Of a DNA stretch of 64,000 nt, positions 13,900 to 27,915 are shown piece after piece. The notes beneath the pieces are model-generated. The model was not told the origin of the DNA. It searched no databases and saw only the letters and a program-made list of their open reading frames with translations. The stretch spans positions 10,914,001-10,978,000 of the forward strand of contig CM075990.1 in assembly GCA_038087875.1 (NCBI GenBank). Reading direction: 5' to 3'. The DNA is from Malacoraja senta. Taxonomy: Eukaryota. Within the stretch, counting starts at the first letter, position 1; every line of letters begins with the position of its first letter. The translations under genes and the position numbers were made by a program.

Positions 13900-14995
13900 A
13901 TGGATTGATGCTCGGTCTCCTGTTGTTTGTTAAAAATGAATGACTTGGATAAGAGTATAGTGCCACGATTAGTAAGTTGGAAAATATCACCAAAATTTGG
14001 GCAATAAATAAGGTTATGAAGGGATATTGTTCAACTGGGAAGGCAGGCAGATTTCAATGACAGTTGGAATTTATCTCAGACAGGTGTGAAGTGATGCTTT
14101 CTGAAAAATTAAACCATTGAGTATAAGAGAAGGGTGATCCACAGTTATACAAAATGTTGTTTAGATCATATTGGGAGGAATGAATGTATATAGTTCTGGT
14201 CTCCATGCTTTGGAAGGATGTCATTAAGCTAGAGAGGGTGCAGACAAGATACACAAGAATACTGCCAAGACTGGTAGACTTGAGTTATAAGGAGAGATTG
14301 AATAGGCTGGAAATATTCTCCGTGAGCGAAGGCTGCTGCGGGGTGAGAAGCATAGATCAGTCATTTCCTCAGGGTTGGGGTGTCTAAACCTAGATGGCAC
14401 AGTTTAGAGATACAACATGGAAATAGGCACTTCAAACCTCATGCCAACAATCGATCACCCATTTTGCACTGGTTCTATCTTATGGAGTGTGGCGGCGCCT
14501 AACGGCAGCGGCTCGACTGCAGTCCATCTGTCTTTTTTTAAAATATTTTATTTATTTAAAAACAGAGGCCAATTTTATTTATTTAAAAAACGGAGGCCAA
14601 CAAACCTTAAACCTGCACGTCTTTGGGGCGTAGGATGAAACCAGAGCTTCCAGAGGAAACCCAAGCAATCAGGGAGAGAATGTGCAAACGTCTGAAGTCA
14701 GGATGGTACCAGGGTATCCAGCACGGTGAGACAATACCTCCACGAGCTGCACAACTGTGCCACCCTATAGGTTTACGGTGAGAGCGGAAAGACTTACGGG
14801 AGATTGCAGGGTGGTGGAACAAACTACCACATTTACAATTACAATATTTGAAAATACATTTTCACAGGTAGGTGGATAGAAACGGTCTAGACAGATATCG
14901 GTCAAACGAGGGTAAATGAGATTAGTTTAGATAGGTATCTTTGTCAGCATGGAAGAGTTAGACTGGGCATGTTGCCTTGTTGTATAACTATCACT
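13900..14995 (+). mobile_element. Degenerate CR1 LINE 3' region
   Basis: KDVIKLERVQTRYTRILPRLVDLSYKERLNRL is the typical CR1 ORF2 C-terminus. Confidence 0.75.
14403..14765 (-). mobile_element. HE1-type SINE nested in a CR1 fragment and itself interrupted (~14484-14545)
   Basis: Homologous to the 6018-6330 copy. CR1 sequence resumes on both sides. Confidence 0.65.
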
Positions 14996-17900
14996 CTAAC
15001 TCTTCCTGGTCAAAATAAAAAACTGCTCCCACCACCAAAAAAGGCACAATTTACTTTAAGACAATGGTCGACTGCAGAACCCTTATGTGTAAAAATGATT
15101 GCTAATGTAAAATATGTTTCCAGCAACAATACAATTGGTATAAGTCAACACTGAAGTACATCACCCAATGAATAATTAGTTACATTTAATTCTCATACAC
15201 TGAACTTCCAGTGCATCGTAATTTGCTAGTTGAGGCATGGAAAAATCTATTGGAATATGCTTTTAGCCAAGTCTGTTGGATTTTAGCATCCAGTATTATT
15301 TTATTCACTGAAATTTTCTATTCAAACTTATAAATCCATCTAAACTTGTTAGCAATTAGTGATAATTGGCTGAAGTTATTTTAGCAGTTTAAGATTCATC
15401 AAGATGTAATAGATAGAAAGCATGACAGAATACCAGAACAAAACATTGGAAGAACTCAGCAAGTTAGTCTGCAACTGTGGAGGCAGATGGTGCAAGACAA
15501 TTTTTTAGGTCAAAACCCTGTATCAGAACTGAGAGGGAAGAGGAGAGAGGGCATAGTGGACAGATGGAACCAAGTGTACCAAGAAACAGGGGGGGGGGGG
15601 GGGGGGGGGGGGGAGAGAGATTAACAAAGGGAGAAGAAAACTAAGCAAATGTGTATGGAAGGAGACCTCCGGGGGTTTGATTGGATAGTTTCAATGCGCA
15701 AAAAGTAATGAATGTTCAATGGCATTTTCCTCCCACACACACTCATCCACTTTTTTTCTCTTCTTCCAACCCCGTCTTCCTCCAACAGGTACCATCTGTC
15801 CATTCATTCCTCACCTAGTTCTACCAGCGTCTATCCCAAATCCCCGTCATACTGTTATATATTAGCAATCTTTCCCCTTCCCTCTTCGTCTGGACGCAGG
15901 ATCTCCAACTAAAACATTCTGCTTCCATATTTGCTGCTTCCTCTTGCTGAATTCATCGTGTTCAGCTTTTTGTTCCAGATCCCAGCATTTGCAGTCACTT
16001 TTGTCATCAATGAATACTACATTGACTGATCAACGCAAAACATTTGGTAGAATACACTTGGTGTTGAGCAAGGCATATGGTTTGGATACTGCAGTATTAT
16101 AAACCAAATTCAAGTTTCTCAAGCCTTTGTATCTTGTTTTCCACAAGCAAGGGTAAAGTAAATTGTTTTCAAGAGGGAAGAATGAAAGCGGCTAAGTGTA
16201 CATTTGGCTCCACTGTCCCCTCCCACCATCAAAAATAAAATAAAAATCCATGAATGCACATACAGCAGCAATTCTTCACTGTGAAATATTAACATTCTGC
16301 CATAGAAATGACAGACGCGAGCAATTGATGGCTATCATTACACGAGCAAAAAATAAAAAAGAAACAGTCCAGAGTTGTACACATGTGGCAATTCTTCAGA
16401 ATAGAACGGATTTTGCTGTTGAATAAGACTATTGTGGGATGCCTGCCCTGTCACTGCCACAAGTGCTTGTCCATCTAATGCCTTTCCTGTGGAGCCAGCT
16501 GTGCTGAATATGGTGCAAAGCAATCCACAAGAGGCAATCGTTGCCTACTGCAATAAACATATTGGTTTAATTACGCAACAGCACATTTATCTGTATTTCA
16601 AATCATTGTTGGAGGAAAGTTCTGTCGTTTGCATCTAAAATGGATCAAACAAATTAAATGTAAAATTTCCTTCTTTTTTTTGATTGGCTTGAATGCACTT
16701 AGAAATGAGTCTTCCCTTTTCATTCATCCAGTCATAATCAATTTCTTATTTCTATTCGTATAGTATTTCTTGTATTGAAAAGGAAAAAGTTGAGACCATG
16801 CGTTGGGGAATAGGGATGGAGGAGGCTATTTATTCATTTGTTATTGCGTTAATAAGCCTGTAAGCTGCAGCAAGCAAGAATTTCAATGTTCCGTTGCTGG
16901 TATGCATGACAATTAAACACTTGACTGTTTATACAAACAATTGATACCACAACACACTTGCATTGCATTAAATAACAGATTCTGCAAAATCTAGTACTTT
17001 GGTTCTTTTTAAATATACTCGATTACGAGGCAGCAGAGCTCAGATCTTTTCCCTTCACTCCAATAGACAACTCAATGAACTGACTGGTAGTTTGCAACAT
17101 GCCCACCACAGAAAACAACACCGCAATTTTGATCAGGCAGACAGATAAACTATCAAAGGAAGCTATCTTACTTACAGATGCTGCAGAGGAACCACGCAAC
17201 AAAAACACTTTTTTACCATCCAACCATGCCACACCTGCTCCATCCAATGTATCCCATGGTTTCATCCACTGCACCCAGAATCCCAATATCCCAGCTGTGT
17301 GCTAGAGACTTGAACTCTTGCATTAGCTGGCTCAAGCGAAGCTACTGCAAAACAGATAAATCTGAAATGTACCCAACACTGGAAAATTACCCAGGTACGT
17401 CCATGAAAAACAATACAAATCTGAGCCTGCTAATTAAAGCCCAAATCAATCTATTTCTAAATCATCAGCAAAGCAGAGGAAGGGATAAGTAGCGCTATCA
17501 AGCAGTACCCACTCAGCAGTAGCCTGCTCATCAATGCTCAATTTGGATTGAAAAAACCACAATGTCTCAAGTTTGTCTCAATGTGAACTAAAACGCTGAA
17601 TTTCAGAGACAACATGGAAGTCATTGTGTTTTACGTTAACACAGCATTTGATTGACTGCAGCTCTGTTAAAGCAGAGTTCAATGGACATCAAGGGGAATG
17701 CATTCCACTCGTTTGTCACATCTCACACAAAGGAACATGCCGGTAATTGTTGAAGGTTAATCATCCTAGTCCCAAAACATCATTGCAGCAGTTCTTCAGA
17801 GCAGTACCCTGGGGACAATCATGTTCAGCACTTTCATTCGTTGTCTTTTCACCATAAAGTCAGAAGTGGAGATATTGTGAAACCTTCAATTCTATTTGCA

Positions 17901-18104
17901 ACTCCTTAATACAAATAAAACAGTCCAGGCCTGCATGCAGAAACCACTACTATCTCTGGCGGCGCATTCCTGGCACCCAACACTGGAAAATAAAAATTAA
18001 AAATTGCCAAGCACAATAACTACATTTAAAAGACATTTGTTCAGGTACATGGATAGGAAAGGTTTAGAGGGATACTAACTGAATGCAGGCAACTAGGACT
18101 AGCT

Positions 18105-18376
18105 TAGACTTTAAGGATACAGCGCAGAAACAGGCCCTTCCGCCCCATGAGTCCATGCCAACCAGCGATCACCCATACACCAACACTATCCTATATACTC
18201 GAGCCAATTTTACAATCTTACAGATGCCAATTAAGCTACAAATCGATATGTCTTCAGAGAGTTGAAGGAAACCGGAGCACCCAGAAAACATGCAAACTTC
18301 ATACAGACAGCACCCTTAGTCAGGATCGAACCCACTACAGCAGTATAACATAGCAATTCTACCGCTGTGCCACTAC
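18105..18376 (-). mobile_element. HE1-type SINE inserted in a CR1 3' tail
   Basis: B-box-like GGTTCGATCC and head GTGGCACAGCGGTAGA on minus strand. CR1 tail flanks at 18015-18104 and 18377-18445. Confidence 0.8.
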
Positions 18377-18558
18377 CAAGATGAGACATGTCAGCTTCGA
18401 TGAGTAGATCCAAAGGGCTGGTGTCCATGCTGTCTCATTCTATGATATCTCCAGTCTTTAAAGCTACTCGCTCAAGCATTTGAAATTTCGACTCTGGGAA
18501 AATGATTTTTTGACCATCTACTCATATACTTATATCAGGTCTCCCTCAACCTCAGATA

Positions 18559-19301
18559 CAGTACCCTCCATAATGTCTTGGACAAAGAGCCATCATTTAT
18601 TTATTTGCCTCTGTACTCCACAATTTGAGATTTGTAATAGAAAAAAAAAAAAAAAAAAAAATCACATGTGGTTAAAGTGCACATTGTTAGATTTTATTAA
18701 AGGGTATTTTTATACATTTTGGTTTCACCACGTAGAAATTACAACTGTGTTTATACATAGTCCCTCCATTTTAGGGCACCATAATGTTTGGGGCACATGG
18801 CTTCAAAGGTGTTTGTAATTGCTCAGGTGTGTTTTAAATGCCTCCTTACTGCAGGTATAAGAGAGCTCTCAGCAAGGTGATGTCCATGGATCGCAGACTT
18901 CAAGCAGTCATTGCATACAAAGGATATGCAACAAAATACTAAACATGACTACTTTCATTTACATGACATTGCTGTGTCCGAAACATTATGGTGCCCCTGA
19001 AATGGGGGGGACTATGTATAAAAGGTACACAAAAATGCTGGAGAAACTCAGCGGGTGCAGCAGCATCTATTGTGCGAAGGAAATAGCCAACGTTTCGGGT
19101 CGAAACCCTTCTTCAGACTATGTTATAAACACTGCTGTAATTTCTACCATGGTGAAACCAAAATGTACAAAAATGGCCTTTATTAAAATCTGACAATGTG
19201 CACTTTAGCACATGTGATTTTTTTTCTATTATAAATCTCACATTGTGGAGTACAGAGGCAAATAAATAAAGTGTTTGTCCCAAACATTATGGAGGGCACT
19301 G
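18559..19301 (+). mobile_element. Internally deleted non-autonomous Tc1 element (IR/DR type)
   Basis: ~230-bp TIRs CAGTACCCTCCATAATG...CATTATGGAGGGCACTG, TA on the left, inner direct repeat CCATAATGTTTGGG; transposase almost wholly deleted. Confidence 0.9.
19023..19115 (-). mobile_element. Short Penelope terminal-repeat insertion inside the Tc1 TIR
   Basis: Flanked by GACTATGTATAAA (19010-19022) and GACTATGTTATAAA (19116-19129). Confidence 0.85.
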
Positions 19302-22300
19302 CATTCCAGGGGGAAAAAAACAATCCATGCGTATCCAACTTCTCCTCATAGCTAATGTCTTCTAATGCAGGCAGCACCTGGTTAAACTCTTCAGCTACTT
19401 CTCCAAAGTTTCCACATCTTCCTGTGATGGGCCTGACCAGAACTGCATAAAAATGAAGCTTATTTATGGTACTGAAGCCAACGTTTAAGAAAGTGTTATA
19501 TTTGCATATGGTCTATATTGATGTCATATTATCAGCAAAACATTCCGCTTCTCAACCAGAAGTACAGTATCTATCATCAACTTAGAAACTTCAAATTTAG
19601 CCTTTGAGGTACAGTATATATTTTTCCTCACCTGTGTATTTAAACTCAGTACATGTAGTTCTGCTATAATGCACGTTTTCCCCACACAAGTAGGATGTAA
19701 ACTCATTGATGATTTGGGGAACACCACTGGTATTAAGTAAGTCAAATTGGTTACATAATTTCAATCATGAACAAGCCCCACAGTATCAACCACCATTGTC
19801 TCTTAAGAGACACAGATTGCCACTTACACTCCAGAATGCTGGTTTTAGAGGGTTACTTGGAAATAGACAATTAATCACTTTATTCATGCTTGTAAACTAT
19901 ACTCTATAAAACAATGAAACACGCATTTAGCATTTGTATTTTAGTTTGAAGTCTGAAACTCCCAAGCCCCTAATTTCCCTTTTCCCAATTGACACGATTG
20001 TTTTAATGACACTAATTTCCATAATCTAAGGTTTTGTTTAGAGATACGGCATGGCAACAAGCCCTGAGGAACAGGCCCTTCTGCATTATAGCAGAGCTCA
20101 CTGTAAAATGATGTAACAAAGTACTGTAGGTAGGCAAAAATGAAAGCAAACGTGACTGTGGTAACGGGTCTGGGTTAAGATGTGGTCGTAGAGTTGGAGG
20201 TAGTGTGCCCCCCCCTCCCCACTGCGATTCCTCCTTGCCCCCCCCCCTGCTATTCCTCCTTGCCCCCCCCCGTGATTCCTCCTTCCCTCCAACTATACTC
20301 CACTAACAAAGTACTGTAATAACTGTAAATCATTGAAATGGGACACGAGTAATTGTCAATGAAAGTATCCTATCAGAACATTGTTTGAAATCACTGAAGA
20401 CAGATCAAATTAGCAAATAAAGCATTTAACTTGTTTTTATACATAAAGACTGGATGTTGAACTAAGCAATATTTAACAAATCATAGACAATACAAGTGCT
20501 AAATATCAAAAATGTCTTCTTCGCCGAATCTTTAACCACCATTCAAGATAACAAAAACAAAGTTCCCAAACCACAATTATCATTTTAAAATATTAAAATG
20601 GGTTCCGCAAGAGTAATCTGCAGAAAAATACATCTATTTTAACCGGGTTTGTTTATCCAGCATAAACATTATAAACTCTATTAAATGTGTGCTCTGCTAC
20701 AGTAAGCATCTGTTCCACAATTTGCAGCACTGAAGCACAGCTCTGTGCAGGTGGATCAGGGATTACGGGAAGCACTTTGCACAGAGATACCATGAGGCAA
20801 CACACAGGAGCAAACTGCGCACTACAGGAACACTGCTTAACATTTACACTGCCTCACTCAGTTCATTACAATTTTTGGTTAAATAATGAACAGACCATGT
20901 TATGACTTCCTGAGGGAATCTGAAAATTATAAATAAACTCTGAAATCCATAAAATGGGAAAAAGAGATAATATTGACAAATCTAAAGAACACTACTTCAC
21001 AATGGATATTTCTCCCACACCTGATCAAATATTTCAGTTCAGAGTCTTGGTGCAAAAAAAAAAGCATTTCAAACCATGTTGGAATTTATTACAATGCGGC
21101 TCATAGGATTAGAAAAATTTATTGAATATATTCTACCAACCTTAAAAAAGACCAAACCTTCAAGAGAATATTAACTTGACTAACATGCTATATAAAAGTA
21201 CATTAAAATCATAACATTTATTTGCTGAAAAAAAATCTTTATCAAATGTTGACTGCTACGAATGTATGAAATAAGCATAGCAGTAAGCCATTCAGTGTTT
21301 GCATTCATACCCTTTATTCCCTTAGTAACCCAAAATCTATTACTTACTGTTTCCAATATGCATATTGAGTATGGCAAGGATGGTCAACTCTGAAGAAATT
21401 TATGCTCAGCACTCACTATACCAAATAGGTGATTCTAATACTCTGCCCCCAATACAAATCTCCGTGCAGCTAAACTGTCAACCCCATAAATATTTTTGCC
21501 ATTTTACGCAGATAACCTAAATGAGGGAATATAGGTCTGGTTCTTCACATAGTCCTTAATTGCAAAAGGCACACTGGATAACTTTCAAGAAAGGCATAAT
21601 ATAGTACGTGAAAATCTTAAACGTTACCATTTGCTAAAATGTATCATTATTTCAATGCCATTTCCTTGATTTCTCTCCACCTTGCTCTATGTGATCAAAC
21701 ATTTAGGAAGATTGCATTCAATTTCACGATGCAAATTGTTAGTTTCCACTTCCATTGTGGTATCTAAATAGCTGAAGCTTGTCAGATCAAAAAATACTTG
21801 TTATTATCATCCTTTGCTTTCTTCCTGTTAATCATCAATGCAATGGATAACATGTTGTGATGAACATGAAGTGATTGCAAATTAATGATCATGGGGGGAA
21901 AAAAACTAAAGAAATCCAAAAGAAAAATAGAAAATACTAGATACATTGGAACATCTATGAGGAAAAAAAAATCACATTTAACATCTTAGATCAATGATCC
22001 TCCATCAGGATTGGGAATTGGGAGGGTGAAGACAACAAAGCATCTCTTCCCCATCACAGATATGCCAAGATATATTGAATGATCTGTAATGGTGGTGCTG
22101 GCTGAGGGAGGATTCGGTACACTGTCTGTCTCAAAGCAATATAAATGGTAGAAAAATAAGAACAAAGGACGGGGAAAAGATAAGCAGCGCTTGTTTTGTA
22201 ACGGTGCATGCCAGAATAGTGTGGAAGCACCTCGACATAGTTTAAAAACTAGACTTTCAAATACTGTCAGTTTTACAATAAAAATATTACTAAAATGAAA

Positions 22301-23120
22301 TTTGTCAATTAGGTTAGGTCGTCAGACTCCTAAACAGCTTGAACAATTTGTAGGACAACGATCCGCCATAGACATCAACAGGGACAACGAGATGCCAATT
22401 GACACCTTTTTTTCTACAAAGAAAATGCTGCAGATACAATACTGGGACAACGTTAAAAATTAGATACAAAGCACTGCTAAAGTTGCTATAAATGTGACAT
22501 AAAACAGGCAATGCTAGGAGGTTAGGTCGTACCTAGGGAATGACAGGCATGGCTGATGTTGCAGTATAATGAGTTTTCATCAAAACTATGGTCATTGACC
22601 TGAAACAGCAACTCTATTTCTCACCCCACATACTGCCTGATGCTGAACATTTCCAATATTCACAAATGCAGGTTTTTGCTTTTCAATTGCTAAATTCAAA
22701 TGTTATCCTGAGTGCCATAACCTGTGTAATGGAAATGCTTCCTTTTTTATAACATTGTAATAGGGTAAACTCAGAGGGAGAGTGCAATGGATGATTAAAG
22801 TGGAAGGCAACTGGAGCCTCTGTATCACCCTTGCAGACTTATTAGAAAGATTCTGAACAGCAGTCAACCAACCTCTGTTTTGTAGGGCTAATGTGAGACA
22901 ACGCAGGGAAGATGGTTGAAATTATATTGAGAGTACAGCCTGCATGTGGAGGGGGGGGTAAAGGATGGACATGGGAAATTCTAACCATGTTGAGCAGAAG
23001 GGGCGAGATAAAATATGGGAAAAGGAACGGGCATTCTTCAAAGCCCTATCAACCACAGTCAAAAGGAAACAGGAAGACAATTCAGAGCACGAACGGAAGG
23101 CATCATTGGATTTGGAAAGA

Positions 23121-23410
23121 CTGTTTTCAGTAACGGGAGAGTCTAGAACCAGAGGGCACAACCTCAGAATAAAAGGAAGTACCTTTAGAATGGAGTTGAG
23201 GAGAAATCTCTCTAGCCAGAGACTGGTGAATCTATGGAATTCATTGCTACAGACGGTGGTGGAGGAGGCCTTGACATTAGGTATTTTAAAAGTGGAAATT
23301 TATGTGTTCTTCATTAGTAAGGGCGTAAAAGGTTACGGGGAGAATGGGGTTGAGAGGAAAAAATAGATCAGTCATGATTGAATGGCCTAATTCTTCTCCT
23401 ATATATTATG
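23121..23410 (+). mobile_element. CR1 LINE 3' fragment
   Basis: GESRTRGHNLRIKGSTFRMELRRNLSSQRLVNLWNSL plus tail. Confidence 0.8.
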
Positions 23411-24189
23411 ATCATCAAACATTTAAAAATCTGGTGGCAAATTTTTTGAAATGTTTGAGTTCTATACAAGAGCAAGAAGTAGTACTAGTAAACTGAAAAA
23501 TGGACACTTCCAATAACTCTCCTGGGTTGACCCGGAATTTCTAGCTTTCTTTAACATTTCTTCTGCCCACAATGACCTTAGTGTTTGACCTCTTACACTG
23601 TTCCAACAAAGTCTCATGTGAGCTCAAGGAACACCATACCATCTGTCAAAATTACATGCTACAGCTCTCATGATTCTGCATTATTTAACGATTTAATTTC
23701 AAATAATCATACTTTCCAGTCTGTATCAGATCAGGACAGTTTCATTGCCAGGTCAATCTGTAAAATTATCTGTAAACACATGTTGTGTGACCTTCTGTCA
23801 ATACCAGAAATGTCATGCATTTCAGATTTCCAGTAACTGAAATGGTTTGTAACTCATTTCCAGCAATCTCTTCCAATTCCCATTTACTCTCCAGTACTGT
23901 CTATATTCTTCAAGGAGTCTCTTAGTTCTCTGCATGTTTGATTTCTAACTTTCTCCAGTTCTGATAAAAGTTAATCAACCTGTAAAGTAAACTGTTTCTC
24001 TCCACAGATTCTGTCTGACTTGCTGAGCATTTCCAGTATTTTCTACATATATTTAGTTATTGAGAGGCAACTTTGTTTAATAGTATACCTCTATCAGATA
24101 ATTTATTTTACCTAAACTTAAATTCTTTATAAAAAATACTGATGTTCTGAACTAGGAAAGTTAGGTTACATCACATAGCAGACATTACA

Positions 24190-24492
24190 AGGCCTTCTTC
24201 GCCCCCACCTCCAGACTCAGGAACAGCTTCATACCCAGAGCTATAGCTACTCGGAACCGGCCATGCTGAGTGCCCCCACCCCCATGAACTGTCTCCCTCG
24301 GATGGTCACGTCACACATCGACCCGGCACAGACCTATTTGCACTTTATACTGTTTTACTGTTCTTTTTTATAAATCATGTTTCTCTGGGTATCTAAATTT
24401 TAGTTGTTTAAGTTATGACATCGGATGGAAGCTGCATACCAAATCTCGTTGCACCTATGTGCAATGACAATAAAAGATATTATTATTATTAT
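24190..24492 (+). mobile_element. LINE 3' fragment (Rex1-like) with (ATT)n tail
   Basis: TSRLRNSFIPRAI motif, AATAAA and (ATT)n tail. Confidence 0.6.
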
Positions 24493-24565
24493 GGTGTCAA
24501 ATGTTTAAAATGGCCTACTTAAAAATAAATGACAGTGTATTATACAGCAACAAACTAGTTGGTAC

Positions 24566-24632
24566 CTGTTATATGGTTCAGCACTTCTTTAAGATGGTTG
24601 AAACAATTTAGAAGCGGGTCTTGCTCTTCTTC
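24566..24632 (-). CDS. GBF1: GBF1 exon 3 (67 bp)
   Basis: EEEQDPLLNCFNHLKEVLNHIT plus 1 nt, matching human DEERDPLLHSFGHLKEVLNSIT. Acceptor tttttacttcag, donor CAG|gtacc. In frame with exon 2. Confidence 0.96.
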
Positions 24633-24729
24633 CTGAAGTAAAAACAGATAGTAGAACAGTATAAATTATAAACATTTACTCCCAAGTTAAGAGTATTAAC
24701 TGCAAGGATATATTAAAACCAAGAAATGT

Positions 24730-25362
24730 TTAGTTCAGCTTAGTTTATTGTCACATGTACAGAAGTACAGTGAAAAGCTTTTGTTGCATGCTAACCAGTC
24801 AGCAGAAAGACAATACATGATTACAATCGAACCATCCACAATGTATAGATGCAAGATAAAGCAAATAACGTTTAGTGCAAGATAAAGTCCAGTAAAGTCC
24901 AATTAAAGATAATCCGAGGGTCTCCGATGACGTAGATGGTAGTTCAGGACTGCTCTCTCATTGTTGATAGGATGGTTCAGTTGCCTGATAACAGCTGGGA
25001 AAGAACTATCCCTGAAGCTGGAGGTGTGCATTTTCTCACTTCTATACCTCTGGCCTGATGGAAGCGGGGAGGAGAGTGGCCGGGGTGTGACTCGTCCTTG
25101 ATTATGCTGGTGACCTTGCTGAGGCAGCATTAGATGTAAATGGAGGCGAAATTGGTCTGTTTAATGGTCTGGGCTACATCCACCATTCTCTGCAATTTCT
25201 TGCAGTCTTCCATGGAACCGTTCTCAAATTGTTCTCAAACTGTGCATCCTGATAAAATGATTTCTACGGTGCATATATAGAAGTCGGTGAGAGTTGTTGG
25301 GGACATGCCAAACTTCCGAAGCCTTCGAAGGAAGTAGAGGCGTTTGTGTGCTTTCTTGCCCA
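24730..25362 (-). mobile_element. Rex1/Babar-like LINE 3' fragment, ~100 bp from the GBF1 exon 3 acceptor
   Basis: KKAHKRLYFLRRLRKFGMSPTTLTDFY..TVE.ILSGC and PLPSGQRYRS...FRDSSFPAVIRQLN motifs. Confidence 0.8.
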
Positions 25363-25419
25363 TTGAAAGTCGATGCACTGGCCTGACACAGTAAATTATA
25401 GAGCCCTGTTGAGTGTTTA

Positions 25420-26030
25420 TTGGCACGCTTGTTTTCATCAGACAGTGTATCGAGTACATGAGTTGGGGTGCCATGTTACAGCTTAGAGTGTGTTGTTACG
25501 CCCACATTTGCATTTACTCTATACAGTTCTGATCACTTTGCTATAGGAAGGATGTCATTAAACCAGAAACTTTAGTGCAGAGGAGATTTATGAGGATGTT
25601 GCCAGATTTGACAGGATTGAGTTACTCAGAGAGACTAGGTCTTTTTTCCTCTGGAGCATAGCAGGCTGAGGGATGATTAATATAGAAGTTGCCAAAACCA
25701 CAAGGGGTATATACAAGGTAGATAACCACAGTCTTTTCTCCAGGGTAGGTGATTCTAAAACTAGAGGACATTGGTTTAAGGTAAGAGTGGAAAGATTTAA
25801 AAAGGGTGTGAGCGGCACCTTTCTCACAGGACGATGGCAATTGTATGGAACGTGCTGCCTGAGGGAGTGGTTGGGGGAGGTACAATTATGACATTCAAAC
25901 AATACTTAAGACAGCCATGAATAGGGAAGGTTTGAAGGTATATGGGCCAGGCACAGGCAAGTGAGACTAGCTTGGTTAGTCAACTTGGTCGTCGTGTATG
26001 ATTTGGGCCAAAAGTTCTGTTTCTGTGCCA
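25420..26030 (+). mobile_element. CR1 LINE 3' fragment
   Basis: LFSRVGDSKTRGHWFKVRVERFK motif and shared 3'UTR. Confidence 0.8.
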
Positions 26031-27049
26031 TTTACTGGGTACAGTAAATTCTAGTTCAAAGTGAATAGTATACAAGCCAAAGACTATACTGCATGGCAAC
26101 ATCAGCAAATTTTAAATCAGTCACAAAGAAATAAAATCTATTATCTTCTATGGACAATGGCTCATTCACAGAATGGGTTTCTGATCATGATGTCTGGCTG
26201 TCAATGCCACAGATGTTTCATAGTCTGCTTTTTTTTAAACTAAACTGCAACTAGGGATTCCAAACTGCTGGGTTGTCCAACCAGGATGAATAACCTCTGT
26301 CAAAAATGGAGCAATAATTTTTTTTTTGTCTCTATTATTTATTTTTAACCAATCTATTTGAACTCACTCACACAAAAAGTAGTGAAAATGATTTCAAATA
26401 ATTTCTTTTATCAGAGGTTAAAAAATATTGTTATCCATACCCTTTATAAAAATGTATAAAAATCAATGAGACAAATATAATGAATATACAGATCAACCAT
26501 GATCTCACTGAACAACAGATCAGGCCCAAAGGCTTCCAATGTTCCAATTCATACATATTACAAACTTTGAGCACCAGTACAAGCTCATCATTTGTCATAA
26601 ATCATCAATGCCACATAAAAAGCAAGTTCCAAAACTAAAAAGGTATAAATGGTTCCAAGGAACTCAAAACATTCTTCCCAAAAATGTATCATTATTGGTT
26701 AAGAATTGGGTGCCAATCGAGACTTTGCTGACTTACACTGCCAGTCTAAATATATGGTTGTTGATCCGCCAGTGTCAACTTCTTAAACAATGTTGTCCCA
26801 GTTTTCATCAATGGAACACTACATGATGGTGGCAGCATATGGCAACAAGAATAAATAGCATCCTTGAACCATTACTAAAAGAAACGTTCACACCTAATTA
26901 AGTCACACATGCCGCGAATCCAGCAATCAAAAGTCAAAAGCTTGCATTTGTCTGTGGGAATCTAACATTGATAGATTTTAGCTTGCCAGGACATCAAGGG
27001 ACATGGAGACATTACATGCATGTAAGTAATGTGCATAATATGCACATTT

Positions 27050-27915
27050 TCACAATGAATGGTAGGTTTCTGGGAAGTATTGTCGAGCACAGCAGTTTAG
27101 GAGTGCAGGTACATAGTTTCCTAAAAATGGCTTCACAGGCAGGTTGTCAAGGCGGCTTTTGAGACATTAGCCTTCATCAGTCAAGTTATTGCGTATAGAA
27201 GTTGGGATGTTATGTCGCAGTTGTACAAGATGGTGATGAGGTCCCATTTTGAGTATTATGTTCAGTTTTGGTCACCATGCTATAAGAAAGATGTTGTAAA
27301 CTGGAAAGGTGCAGAGAATAGTTGTGAGGATGTAGCCAGGACTCGAGAGCTTGAGCAATAGTGAGAGGTTGGACAGGCTAGGACTTTATTCCTTGGAGTG
27401 CAGGAGGATGAGGGATGATCTAATAGAGATGTATAAGATCATGAGGGGAAAAGATAGGGTAGATGCACAGAGTCTTTTATCTGGAGTAGGGTAATCAAAA
27501 ACCAGAGGACATAGGTTTGAGGCGAGAGGGGACAGATGGGAACTTGAGGTGCAACTTTTTCCACACAGAGAGTGGTAGATATAAGGAACAAGCTACGAGA
27601 GGAGGTAGTTGAGGCCGGTACTTTAACAACATTTAAAAGACATTTGGACAGGTACATGGATAGGAAAGGTTTAGAGGGATATGGGACAGACGTATACAGG
27701 TTGGACTAGTGTAGATGTGGCATCTAGGTTGAATGGTTTCTTGCTCTGCAGGCATTCAGAAACCTACAAATAAAATACAAATCAAAAAGAACACAAATAA
27801 GGCAGGTTCAAGGATAGGAAGGTTTAGTGGGATATGGGCCAACGCAGGTCAATAGGTCTAGTTTATAAGGGGCACCTTGGTTGGCATTGACCAGTTGAGC
27901 CAAAGGGCCTTTGGC
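27050..27915 (+). mobile_element. CR1 LINE 3' fragments (27050-27730 and a second tail at 27810-27915)
   Basis: SLGVQVHSFLKMASQ and TRGH motifs, tail ATGGATAGGAAAGGTTTAGAGGGATATGG. Confidence 0.8.

Noticed and set aside
15589..15613. Poly-G run (and several poly-C runs elsewhere)
   Set aside because: Simple homopolymers, often inside old Penelope remnants; length unreliable and no evidence of function.
18310..18376. tRNA-like sequence with A/B boxes
   Set aside because: It is the head of an HE1-type SINE, not a tRNA gene; likewise 6260-6330.
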